Shown here piece by piece: positions 8,934 through 18,013 of a stretch of 25,589 nucleotides of DNA. The first letter of the stretch is position 1. Each line of letters begins with the position of its first letter. Made by a program: the position numbers and the translations under genes. Origin of the DNA: a virus (Duplodnaviria > Caudoviricetes); IMG/VR virus record IMGVR_UViG_3300025322_000150, positions 1-25,589 of that record; one strand, given 5' to 3'. The notes under the pieces are model-generated. The model made no database searches, was not told the origin of the DNA, and was given only the letters and a program-made list of their open reading frames with translations.

Positions 8934-11084
8934 ATGGACTTCAAAGACTTCATGGACGGCAAACCGCCGCTCAGAAAATTATTTGGGCGGGCAAAAACAG
9001 AATCTACTCGTGTAAACGAGGATGGGCAAGAGTATCTATACGGTACAATTGGTCAAACATGGATGTCGCGGCTTACACGAGGAAGAGAAGGAATAGCCGC
9101 TAATCCGGAAAAAACAGCGTATGAAACATTTAGTGATATGGCGGACGATGCCGGGATAGCATTTCCGTTAAATATTATCAAATGGCTAACAATCAGAACA
9201 CCTTGGGATTTGATTTGCACCGATAATGAAATAAAAGTATTTATTCTTAAAAATCTTAATAACATATGGAGACCTTTAATTCGTGCATGTACCCATGCTT
9301 TTAAATACGGCTGGGTGGGAATGGAGAAAAGATTTAGATATAATGAAAGAGACGGGAAGTGGTATTACAATAGATTCCTCGATCTTCGTCCGCATGGAAA
9401 TCAGTTAAGAATTGTTGTTGCAAAAGATGGTAGTTTTAATGGACTTATTCAGTATAGCGTTGATGGAAAAGATGTATTCATTCCAAAAGAAAAATCATTC
9501 GTATATACATATGATAAGGAATTTGGAAATCTATACGGGAGATCAATGTTAAGAGCGGCTTTTAGATACTGGTATAGTGATAGATATTTCTACGATTATC
9601 AAGCTATTTACGCAGAGTCAAGAGCAATTTCACCGCTAATTATGCGGGCACCACTTGGGAAAACAAAGCGCGGTGTAGACGGGGCTGGAAATGATATTTT
9701 AGTAGATAATCTAGATTTAGCACAGGAAATTGGGGAATCTATTAGAAACGCAACCGTTGTAACTCTTCCAAGTGCCCCGACAGGAACTCAGGGAGTGGAA
9801 CAATGGAAAGCGGATCCATTAACAACAGAGGGGGAAAAATTCCCATTTAATGAATCTCACGCGCATTTTGATAAAATGAAAGCGCGGGGAATGGGAGTTC
9901 CTGATGAACTATCCCAGGGAGGAAGTGGATCATTAGCAAAGGCTAAAGAACAAGGCTCGTTCTTTCTTCTTCAAGTAGAGGGTATTCTAGAAGATATTGC
10001 AGATCATGCCTTGCAATACATTATTCTTCCCCTGGTACAATTAAACTTTGCAGAAGACCGTATAGAAAATACAGACATATTCTTTAAGTTCAAATCTCTC
10101 AGAGATGACGATAAGCAATTTGCGCTCAGTGTTATGGAGAAGGCGCGAGAGAAGTTTGCGCCCGCAATTGATATTAAGCCAATTCTTGAAACAGCAAATA
10201 TTCCTGTTAGCGAGGAATATCTTATTACTAGTGCGAGGGCTCTTGAAAAGTTAAAGAAAGCTGGAAGAACAGGAGAAGAAACAACTGAAGAAAAACCCGC
10301 ATTTGGCGGATTAGGGGGAATTGGTGGCGGATTAAAACCAGCTACACCGGTTACTCCCAAAGCGGAGGAAAAGCCGGACGAAAGCTTTGGCGGAAGATTA
10401 AAAGAAATATCAGCCCCGTTAACAGTTGGGGGAGAAGAAACTGAAGCACCGTCGGAAACAGCAACAGCAACAGTTGCTGTACCAGAAGTTGCTCCATTAG
10501 AAATAAGAATTCCCAGTAATGGAAGAATAAAATTAGGAAACAACGGGCATTCTAAAAATTCAATTACGTATGCTTCAAGTCTAAATAGCATACAAAGATC
10601 AGCATCTAGTGATTTAGATTTATTTTGGAAAAGTGAATCAGCAGTTGTTAAAAGTTATTTAGTAGCATTAGGAGCTAATATAGACGCAGCTAAAAGAATA
10701 AGAAATGAGTCACTATTTAGTTCTGATAAATATATAGAATTCTTCAAAAGCTATGCCTTTGAAGCGTTTGAAGCCGGTATCAGAGATACAGCACAGCAGA
10801 ATAGGGTTGACAATAATTCAATAATTGGTAAAATTTCTTCAGTGGAATATAGTCTACTGGATAAAAAGTCGGAAAACCATTGTTCAAGTTTTGTAAATAA
10901 CATTGAAAAAGAAGTTAAAGAAACAGCAATAGATAGCGGGAAAGTAGCATTAGAATCCGCGGATTATTGTATAATTCTGGAATCAAAACTCGAAGAAACA
11001 TTTAAACGGAATAAAGTAAATATGCAAACCCTGTTAAAGAGTTGTTATGAACAGGGTAAAAATTTAGTAAACAAACTGTATTAA
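8934..11084 (+). CDS. Portal protein (Mu gp29/DUF935-like) with a low-complexity linker and a C-terminal helical, possibly MuF-like, domain
   Basis: Follows terL; AFKYGWVGMEK, FGNLYGRSMLRAAFRYW, GSLAKAKEQ, IILPLVQLNF; about 270 extra C-terminal residues. Confidence 0.88.
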   Translation: MDFKDFMDGKPPLRKLFGRAKTESTRVNEDGQEYLYGTIGQTWMSRLTRGREGIAANPEKTAYETFSDMADDAGIAFPLNIIKWLTIRTPWDLICTDNEIKVFILKNLNNIWRPLIRACTHAFKYGWVGMEKRFRYNERDGKWYYNRFLDLRPHGNQLRIVVAKDGSFNGLIQYSVDGKDVFIPKEKSFVYTYDKEFGNLYGRSMLRAAFRYWYSDRYFYDYQAIYAESRAISPLIMRAPLGKTKRGVDGAGNDILVDNLDLAQEIGESIRNATVVTLPSAPTGTQGVEQWKADPLTTEGEKFPFNESHAHFDKMKARGMGVPDELSQGGSGSLAKAKEQGSFFLLQVEGILEDIADHALQYIILPLVQLNFAEDRIENTDIFFKFKSLRDDDKQFALSVMEKAREKFAPAIDIKPILETANIPVSEEYLITSARALEKLKKAGRTGEETTEEKPAFGGLGGIGGGLKPATPVTPKAEEKPDESFGGRLKEISAPLTVGGEETEAPSETATATVAVPEVAPLEIRIPSNGRIKLGNNGHSKNSITYASSLNSIQRSASSDLDLFWKSESAVVKSYLVALGANIDAAKRIRNESLFSSDKYIEFFKSYAFEAFEAGIRDTAQQNRVDNNSIIGKISSVEYSLLDKKSENHCSSFVNNIEKEVKETAIDSGKVALESADYCIILESKLEETFKRNKVNMQTLLKSCYEQGKNLVNKLY

Positions 11085-11085
11085 T

Positions 11086-11949
11086 ATGCCGTATATTGGA
11101 ATTAAAGATAAAAAACTTCCAGAATATGTAAAGAAACTATCGGATAAAGATATTGATCGCTGGTATAATATATGGAATGCAGTTTTTGAAAAAACAAAGG
11201 GAACAAAAAAAGAGAAAGAATCCAAAGCATTCAGTATAGCTAATGGATTGGTTGTAAAGCCACATAATGAAAAGAAAAAAATGGAATCAAATTTTTTAAG
11301 ATTTGAAGATGAAGATCCAGATAATCCTATAGTAAGTGTAGGAAAAGTGGAGAAAGTACCCTTTGTAAAAATAGGAAGTGATGAATTATTATCTCTTGAA
11401 AAAGATACGCTAGAATTTTTAAGAAACACATTAACAGATTCTAGTGTAATGTTAGAAACACTTCTCGAAGGAATGACACAGGAGCGGGATGTATTAAATG
11501 TCGTCAGTAGTCATCTATCTTCAGATAGCACTGTATTGAAAGACGAAGACAAAGAGCAAGTTTCTGTAGTAAAGAATTTTGTCGATGATCTTGTTGGGCT
11601 AGAGGGTAAATCAGGTAGATTGGGAGAACTGCTTCTGGTTATTGGCGAAGCGCAAAAAGAATTAAGCGGGAGTGGGGCGGTTGACGAAAAGATTTTAGAG
11701 GTAATGGATAACATTGATAGAAATACTAATTATATTTCCGGGGCATCCGATTTATTAGAAGGTGCTCTTGTGGGATTAGAAAAAGTTGGAGAGAGTGAAG
11801 AATCTGGCGCTAAGTATAGTATTAAAGATAATATTGATACCGCCGCTGAAATAATTTTCGATGCTAAAGGTGAACTAGGATATTCATACGGTTCAATTAA
11901 AAAAATACTTGGGCAAATAAGTGAAGCAGAAAATAGTGCTGTTGGATAA
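11086..11949 (+). CDS. ChaB-like domain fused to an acidic helical domain
   Basis: LPEYVKKL...WYNIWNAVFEK...ESKAFSIANGLV matches the ChaB pattern; the remaining ~220 aa are D/E-rich helices. Confidence 0.65.
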   Translation: MPYIGIKDKKLPEYVKKLSDKDIDRWYNIWNAVFEKTKGTKKEKESKAFSIANGLVVKPHNEKKKMESNFLRFEDEDPDNPIVSVGKVEKVPFVKIGSDELLSLEKDTLEFLRNTLTDSSVMLETLLEGMTQERDVLNVVSSHLSSDSTVLKDEDKEQVSVVKNFVDDLVGLEGKSGRLGELLLVIGEAQKELSGSGAVDEKILEVMDNIDRNTNYISGASDLLEGALVGLEKVGESEESGAKYSIKDNIDTAAEIIFDAKGELGYSYGSIKKILGQISEAENSAVG

Positions 11950-11959
11950 GGGATAAAAT

Positions 11960-14152
11960 ATGGATAATGTTTTAGTAGCACAGGATAAATACATTACTGG
12001 ACCGTTCGGAACTTTTTGTAAAGTTCTAAACGGTTCGGACAGTAATGTTCTCTCTCTAGAGAATCAAAACGGAAAAGCAAGATTCAAGAAAGAAATTCTT
12101 AATATTGGATCTTTTGTAAATCCCCTGAATCCTTCCGAAACATTAAGTTTTGACGAGGCAAGATTCCAAACCTGGATCGACAACTTCAAAAATGTATTAA
12201 AAGATGTATTTGTACCTATTAGACATACAGACAACCCGCTAAGAAATTCTGGATGGGTAAAAGACCTTTGGGTTGAAGATGGCGGGCTATGGGCCGATAT
12301 TGAAATAACAGAACCGGATGTTGCGAATTTAATTCGCAATGGAACAATTCGCGGAGATTCTGTTCTTGTTCAACCATATGTAGATCCTAAAACTGGAAAA
12401 GTTTTTGAATGTTTGTGGCACGTAGCGTTAACAAATACTCCGCATGTTAGGGATCTAGCACCATTTGCAGAACTAGAGGGTGTTGCAAATTTCAAAGATA
12501 AAATGGTAATTTTTGAGTCTAACAAAAAAGGTTCCGATGTAAAAATATTATCAGAAATCGGAAAATGGGAAGAGGATAAAGATAAGATTTTTGTAACAGT
12601 TAGAGCAGAAAATATATTTAGAAAAGATGCCTCTTTTAGAGGGACAAATTTTGGCGGAAAACTTCCATTAGGTGTAGAGTTTATTAGAGGACAATTAGCT
12701 GAAGGCGGGGAATGGGCTACTAGAAATGTTACTTTTGAAAAATCAAAAAATTGGGCAAAGGAAAATTCTAAAAAGTGGCTAGTAGATCATGAAGTCAAAT
12801 ATGGATTTGAAGCTGGAAGTCTATTAGTTACAAAAGAAGTAAAACCAGTAACAACAGGAGAAGAAGTCGTGTCTATTGAAACAATTAAAGCTAAGCTGGA
12901 AGAAATGAAAAAGAGTAGACTCTCAGCAACTTCAAGCGCAGCAGTAACTACGGAATCGGCTAAAAAAATTGAAGAAATTCGTGCAATGCTTGCACGGCGC
13001 AGAGCAAAGCGCAAGAAAGTTGTTCCTAAACAAGAACCCAAAAGCGTACTTCCAGATGGTGGAAACTCCGCGGATGCGGAAAAAGAGATAGCTAAGAAAA
13101 TAGCTGGTGGAATTACAGAACAGCATGAAAAAATGCCTATTGAGAATACGGGAATGGCCGCATGTGAAGCAGTTAAGGAATATGTTGATTCTGGAACAGT
13201 TATTGAAAAAGATGGTAATACACTGTTTAAAATCGCGGCTTTTGAAAAATTAGATCCCGATTGTTCCGCAATCATGCGGAAGTTGGGGCTGGAGGAAGTT
13301 TTACTTCCAACAACCATTAGCAAGTTTGGAAAAGTAATTCTTGACAGTATTGCTGAAGATGTAGATAATAGATACTCATCCAAGGAGCTTGGAAACAGAT
13401 TAGCGTTTGTGGTGGCGAAACTTACCGGTCGGAATTTTGATTCTGGAGAGAAGGAAATGGATAAAGCACAGCTAGAAGCCAAGAGAGAAGAAATCAAAAA
13501 GAAAGTTGAAGCAGTTCGCGCACGGCTAGAGCAGCGGCGCAAGGATCGCGCTGCGACACCTGCTGTAAAAACAGAAGATAGAACTGCAAAATTTGAAGAA
13601 GCTAAGAGAAAGCTTGCCGAAATCCGCGCCAGACTTGCAGCTAGAAAAACTGCTGCATCACCAGAAGTAAAACTTGAGGATTCGAAAATGAAAACTGAAC
13701 TCGAAGGACTTCGCAGATCAAATGAAATCTTACAGAAGAGAATGGTGTCCCTCGAAGCACAAAATGAAGCGGTTGAAAAAGAGAAAATGACATCAGAGAT
13801 TGAACAGCTTGTTCGTGATGGAAAGATTCCGCCCGCTGTTGTAGATAATGTTAAGAAGGTGGTTTTTGGCGCTCGCGCCAGTGTTGTTAAGTTCGAGGAT
13901 GGTAAGTCAGAATCCACTGTTGCGGCAGAAGTTCTCGGTATTCTGAAGGCGCTGCCTTCTACTAGATTTGAAGAAAATCTTGGGAGAGTTGTTTCTAATC
14001 CAGATACTGGTGGAAAAAAGTTCTTAACTAGAGAAGACCACCTCCGTCTCTCGGCAAGAGATGCAAACGATAAGAGTCTGTATCAGCGCGAGAGAGAGGA
14101 AGGTAAAATTATAGAAGATCACTCAACAGGCAAAGCCTACTGGGTGGTATAA
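11960..14152 (+). CDS. Prohead protease (Mu gpI-like) fused to scaffolding protein
   Basis: IRHTD...SGWVKDLWVEDGGLWADIEIT...GDSV...HVALTNTPHV; coiled-coil C-terminal half; directly upstream of the MCP. Confidence 0.85.
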   Translation: MDNVLVAQDKYITGPFGTFCKVLNGSDSNVLSLENQNGKARFKKEILNIGSFVNPLNPSETLSFDEARFQTWIDNFKNVLKDVFVPIRHTDNPLRNSGWVKDLWVEDGGLWADIEITEPDVANLIRNGTIRGDSVLVQPYVDPKTGKVFECLWHVALTNTPHVRDLAPFAELEGVANFKDKMVIFESNKKGSDVKILSEIGKWEEDKDKIFVTVRAENIFRKDASFRGTNFGGKLPLGVEFIRGQLAEGGEWATRNVTFEKSKNWAKENSKKWLVDHEVKYGFEAGSLLVTKEVKPVTTGEEVVSIETIKAKLEEMKKSRLSATSSAAVTTESAKKIEEIRAMLARRRAKRKKVVPKQEPKSVLPDGGNSADAEKEIAKKIAGGITEQHEKMPIENTGMAACEAVKEYVDSGTVIEKDGNTLFKIAAFEKLDPDCSAIMRKLGLEEVLLPTTISKFGKVILDSIAEDVDNRYSSKELGNRLAFVVAKLTGRNFDSGEKEMDKAQLEAKREEIKKKVEAVRARLEQRRKDRAATPAVKTEDRTAKFEEAKRKLAEIRARLAARKTAASPEVKLEDSKMKTELEGLRRSNEILQKRMVSLEAQNEAVEKEKMTSEIEQLVRDGKIPPAVVDNVKKVVFGARASVVKFEDGKSESTVAAEVLGILKALPSTRFEENLGRVVSNPDTGGKKFLTREDHLRLSARDANDKSLYQREREEGKIIEDHSTGKAYWVV
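13457..14152 (+). CDS. Probable nested in-frame scaffolding protein (internal start)
   Basis: GGAGAGAAGGAA-ATG13457, in frame (codon 500), at the start of the coiled-coil region MDKAQLEAKREEIKKK. Confidence 0.55.
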   Translation: MDKAQLEAKREEIKKKVEAVRARLEQRRKDRAATPAVKTEDRTAKFEEAKRKLAEIRARLAARKTAASPEVKLEDSKMKTELEGLRRSNEILQKRMVSLEAQNEAVEKEKMTSEIEQLVRDGKIPPAVVDNVKKVVFGARASVVKFEDGKSESTVAAEVLGILKALPSTRFEENLGRVVSNPDTGGKKFLTREDHLRLSARDANDKSLYQREREEGKIIEDHSTGKAYWVV

Positions 14153-14190
14153 TTCGGGCGGAATATAAACAAATTTAAGAGAGGAAAAAA

Positions 14191-15252
14191 ATGAAGGACT
14201 CAGCTAACTGGAAACAGGAAGACCTTGGTAAATTCGGACAAGTCCGCTTCGGAGCCGTAGACAAATCCGCAGCGGTAACGTCTACTACTATCGATAACAC
14301 AATCCCCGAACTTTGGACACAGAAGGTTGAGGATTATGTTAAAGCACATCGGTTCATGGAGAGATTCCTTGTACCAGAGGATGGACTTGTTAGTAAGCAG
14401 GGAGATGTTGTATATATTTGGAAGCGGTCGAAACTCACCGCTTCTGGAAACCTTACAGCAACTTCAGTGCTTGAAGGAAACGAAGAAACATTTAGTCAGT
14501 CTCGCGTAGCATTTACTCCAACAAAGGTTGGAAATGCTTGCAGAGTAACAGCAGAAGCTGCTTCAAAGAGTATTCTTGATCTTAAGAACGAGGCCACCTA
14601 TCTCCTCGGAGATTGGATGGCTGAGAAGAAAGATTTAGACGCTCACGCGGCTCTACGGAATGGTGTTCTAGTAGCAAATACCCGTTATGGTGGAAGTAAG
14701 ACTACAGCGCAGTCTCTTACATCTTCGGATAAACTAGTGCCGAGTGACATTTCAAAAATTAGATATGAGATGGCAACGGCAGGAGTTCCCACATTCAAGC
14801 CCGGGGATACACCTGGAATGAATGAGGGTTACTACACCGGAGTTTTCCACCCGTATACAATCTACGATCTAACACAACATGCTGATTACAAGACAGCGGC
14901 TTCTTATGCCGCACTTGTAAATGCAAATAAAGTTGTCGGACCGATGTTCCAGGGTTTCGATGCGTTCTGGGATGGGGTTCTACTTTACAAGTCTGGTAAC
15001 GTTAGATACGCAACAACTGGTGGTTACTCGATTAAAGTTGCAGCCAACTTCGTGATTGGTCCCCGTTCTATCGCGGAAGCACGCGGGCTGTATAACCTAG
15101 GGCCTGGATATATTTGGAAAGAGAAGCTTTTCGATTATGACCAGGATCTTGGAATCGCGTTAATCACATATTATGAGGTTAAAGTCCTCAACTCTGATCA
15201 GGTTTATTCGATTTATTGTGCTGCCACGGATCTTTCCGCCGCTGGTGCGTAA
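14191..15252 (+). CDS. Major capsid protein (HK97 fold, N4-gp56-like)
   Basis: 353 aa after the scaffold, GAGAGG RBS, IPELWTQKV, GDVVYI, YTGVFHPYTIYDL, WDGVLLYKS; followed by a terminator. Confidence 0.9.
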   Translation: MKDSANWKQEDLGKFGQVRFGAVDKSAAVTSTTIDNTIPELWTQKVEDYVKAHRFMERFLVPEDGLVSKQGDVVYIWKRSKLTASGNLTATSVLEGNEETFSQSRVAFTPTKVGNACRVTAEAASKSILDLKNEATYLLGDWMAEKKDLDAHAALRNGVLVANTRYGGSKTTAQSLTSSDKLVPSDISKIRYEMATAGVPTFKPGDTPGMNEGYYTGVFHPYTIYDLTQHADYKTAASYAALVNANKVVGPMFQGFDAFWDGVLLYKSGNVRYATTGGYSIKVAANFVIGPRSIAEARGLYNLGPGYIWKEKLFDYDQDLGIALITYYEVKVLNSDQVYSIYCAATDLSAAGA

Positions 15253-15287
15253 TAGTTGATTGATAAAAAACAAGCATATAAGTTATG

Positions 15288-15321
15288 AAAAAGGGAGCCG
15301 CTTGACGCGGCTCCCTTTTTT
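15288..15321 (+). terminator. Rho-independent terminator after the MCP gene (possibly bidirectional)
   Basis: AAAAA-GGGAGCCGC-TTGAC-GCGGCTCCC-TTTTTT. Confidence 0.9.
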
Positions 15322-15409
15322 GTTTTATACCAAGTTGTGTCTGCTAAAAATAATTGTGTAGTTTTTGGGGCAGGATTGTAACTTTTAATTCTACAGAGGA
15401 GAGAGGAAA

Positions 15410-15823
15410 ATGAGACCAGAAGCAGTACAATGCATTGAGGATATTTTGACAAAGATTGCACAAATAAAAAATAAATTGGATTCTGTAAAGGATGATCTTG
15501 GACAAGTAGTTAATATGATGGCAGAGGTTCCGAAAGCTGCTAGAAATTACGCTAATTCAATGCTTGAGCAATATAATAGAGATTTAGATAATGCCCGCGA
15601 GAAATTAGCAACAATGGAGGTCCGGGAGCTACAGTTAGTTAATAAGGAAAAGAGATTAAAGGCTGCTGAGTCTGGTGTTCTTGCCAAAGAGTCCCAAGTA
15701 ATTGTTAACGAGTCAAAGGCTGTTGCGGAAGTAAGGTCTGATCCGGATTCCTCTAAAGAAATGGAAAGACGGAAAACTGTTAAAGAGGTAGAAGAGGTTT
15801 CTACCCTAACAGTTCCGGATTAA
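15410..15823 (+). CDS. Coiled-coil hypothetical protein
   Basis: GAGGAGAGAGG RBS, 137 aa with a heptad pattern. Confidence 0.8.
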   Translation: MRPEAVQCIEDILTKIAQIKNKLDSVKDDLGQVVNMMAEVPKAARNYANSMLEQYNRDLDNAREKLATMEVRELQLVNKEKRLKAAESGVLAKESQVIVNESKAVAEVRSDPDSSKEMERRKTVKEVEEVSTLTVPD

Positions 15824-15843
15824 CATTTCTTTAGGGTATTAAA

Positions 15844-17643
15844 ATGAGCAGAGCTACTATTTGGATGCGGTATACTGGATCTAATAAAGATCAGATGGTT
15901 GATGATTCATTATCAGCTACGCCTAGAAAAATATTTGTTGGGGACAGTAGACCGTTTCAAGTTCTAGAATCGATGAAACAATGGTTTGTAGATACTAAAG
16001 AATTTGCTCAATGCGCTGTGGATGAAAAATGGTTAAGAGAAAGTAACAAAAAACCCCCGCGGAAAAATATAAATGAATATGTTAATTATCCGTCGGATAT
16101 AAAAAGAAAGATACTTTTTATAACCTACAATGAAGGCGGGTACAGCGGGGCCAGATTGTGGAACATGCAAGTTGTTAATGCTTTATCGGAAGCAAAGTGC
16201 CACGTACACGTTTGCACAAATGCATTACCAATATGTGCCCAAGATATTCCCAGTAGCGTATATGTTACATTTGAATATAAGCCGGATATCAATACAGATT
16301 ATGAAGGATTTGATTGTGTATTCGTAGCCCCGCCGCAAGCATTAAGCATAGGGCTAGAATATTCTCGTAAGTACGGGATTCCATTCTATGCATTGATGTA
16401 TGAATCCGACAACTGGCATTTAGAGCATATGCCAGAGTATGAAAATTTGATGTCCAAAACAACTAAAGATGTTTATTTAGAAGCTGATGGAATTATTATA
16501 TGTAGTGAACTTGGAAAAAAGAAATGCTTAGAGTGGGATGATAAATTTGAAGATAGCAGAATTCATGTAGTTAATCCGTCGATAAATCTAGATATAATTA
16601 ATTCAATTTGGACCGAGGAAAAGAGTGACGAAATTGTATTCTGCGGTAGAGCTATTGAACAAAAAGGATATAAACAATTATTAGAAGCTGCATTAAAAGA
16701 TGATTTAAAATATGATATTACATTTATCGGACACGATACGACTCGAATAAAAAATATATTTAAGAGTAATGAAAATCATAAGATAAATATATGTGAAGAT
16801 TTAAATGATGCGGAAAAATTTCAGATATTTAAGAGATGCAGATTAGGTATCGTATTATCGAGACATGAGGGGCATGGAATAGTTCCCGCGGAATTCCTGG
16901 CTTGTGGCAAGCCATTTGTAGCATTAGAAAATGATCAGTTAAGAAATGAATATGGTGATGATTTAATATATGCAAAGAGTTTTGATAAAATTGATGTATT
17001 AGGTGCTATTCATAAAGCATGGGATTATAAAGTACCAAAAGAGGTAATTGAGAAAATAAAAATTAAGTATTCACAATCTACAATAAACAGTGTTGTAAAC
17101 GGTTTAGTCTCGCGTATGGGCTCTGTTAAGATCAGGAACATCAAGCAGTTAGTAAAAGACTTCCCGCCAAAAAATATAGATGAGAATAAGAAAAACCTTG
17201 TGTTCGGCATAATGAGTAGCGATAATGAGAAGGTTCAAACAGTAATAGATGCTTTTTCAAATGAGTACAGAGCATCGGATAAAGATGATGTAAAACTGCT
17301 AGTCTACAGTAGCAATACCAATTTCATATATAAGAATAGTAAAATACAAGTAACTAATAGTAGTGATGTAAAAAGTTTAATTTCAGCAGTTGATATTTTA
17401 TTATGGACATCAAATGATAAAGTATGGGATCCATTAATCATTTGTTCCATACTTTCACAAACAGTTCCTATAGTTCCAGAGGGTTATTTTTCAAGATTTC
17501 ATTTTCCAGTCTATGCTGTGAATGATAATAAAATAAGAATAGTTCCATTAATGAAAGCTTTCCGCGGAATACGAGAAAATTGGACAGCATACAGTAATTC
17601 TATAAAAGAGATACGAAAAGTTCTATTGTCAGAAATAGTATAA
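15844..17643 (+). CDS. Glycosyltransferase, GT-B fold (GT4-like), with an extra N-terminal domain and a degenerate second GT-B C-domain
   Basis: GGYSGAR, FCGRAIEQKG, SRHEGHGIVPAEFLACGKPFV (EX7E motif). Confidence 0.88.
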   Translation: MSRATIWMRYTGSNKDQMVDDSLSATPRKIFVGDSRPFQVLESMKQWFVDTKEFAQCAVDEKWLRESNKKPPRKNINEYVNYPSDIKRKILFITYNEGGYSGARLWNMQVVNALSEAKCHVHVCTNALPICAQDIPSSVYVTFEYKPDINTDYEGFDCVFVAPPQALSIGLEYSRKYGIPFYALMYESDNWHLEHMPEYENLMSKTTKDVYLEADGIIICSELGKKKCLEWDDKFEDSRIHVVNPSINLDIINSIWTEEKSDEIVFCGRAIEQKGYKQLLEAALKDDLKYDITFIGHDTTRIKNIFKSNENHKINICEDLNDAEKFQIFKRCRLGIVLSRHEGHGIVPAEFLACGKPFVALENDQLRNEYGDDLIYAKSFDKIDVLGAIHKAWDYKVPKEVIEKIKIKYSQSTINSVVNGLVSRMGSVKIRNIKQLVKDFPPKNIDENKKNLVFGIMSSDNEKVQTVIDAFSNEYRASDKDDVKLLVYSSNTNFIYKNSKIQVTNSSDVKSLISAVDILLWTSNDKVWDPLIICSILSQTVPIVPEGYFSRFHFPVYAVNDNKIRIVPLMKAFRGIRENWTAYSNSIKEIRKVLLSEIV

Positions 17644-17656
17644 AGGATACTAAACC

Positions 17657-17986
17657 ATGAATAATGACCTACCTATTCGTTTGGATGGTAACTACTTAGT
17701 ATTCAATCCATTATTTATGGTTGATGTAATTATGTTACTAGAAGGATTTGAATACTTAGACCAGGACGAAGAATCGTTTGTCCTAGAGTACATTAATGAG
17801 CAAGTGGGTAAAGTCTCCAGCGTAAGCGGAGATGAGCTAACACTTCAAGTAGAGTCTGGGCCGATAGGCGATCAAATTATTTCTCTATTAGAAAGAGCGG
17901 TACAAGGACCGCTGGATGAATTAGAGAAACTCATTAATGAGAATAGGAAGTCTATGCGAGAAGCTGAGGAAGCCAAGGCGGCTTAA
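17657..17986 (+). CDS. Small acidic protein, paralog of 18014-18379
   Basis: EQVGKVSSVSGDELTLQVESGPIGDQI aligns with ENIGEITDFAGDQITIGVENKPLGGSI. Confidence 0.75.
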   Translation: MNNDLPIRLDGNYLVFNPLFMVDVIMLLEGFEYLDQDEESFVLEYINEQVGKVSSVSGDELTLQVESGPIGDQIISLLERAVQGPLDELEKLINENRKSMREAEEAKAA

Positions 17987-18013
17987 CTGTAAGAAAAGTA
18001 AAGAGGTAGATAA

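Noticed and set aside
12787-13917. 376-aa minus-strand ORF and other antisense ORFs (e.g. 1516-1959, 10004-10591, 11064-11429)
   Set aside because: Ser/Phe/Leu-rich mirror frames of Glu/Lys-rich real genes, with no recognisable motifs
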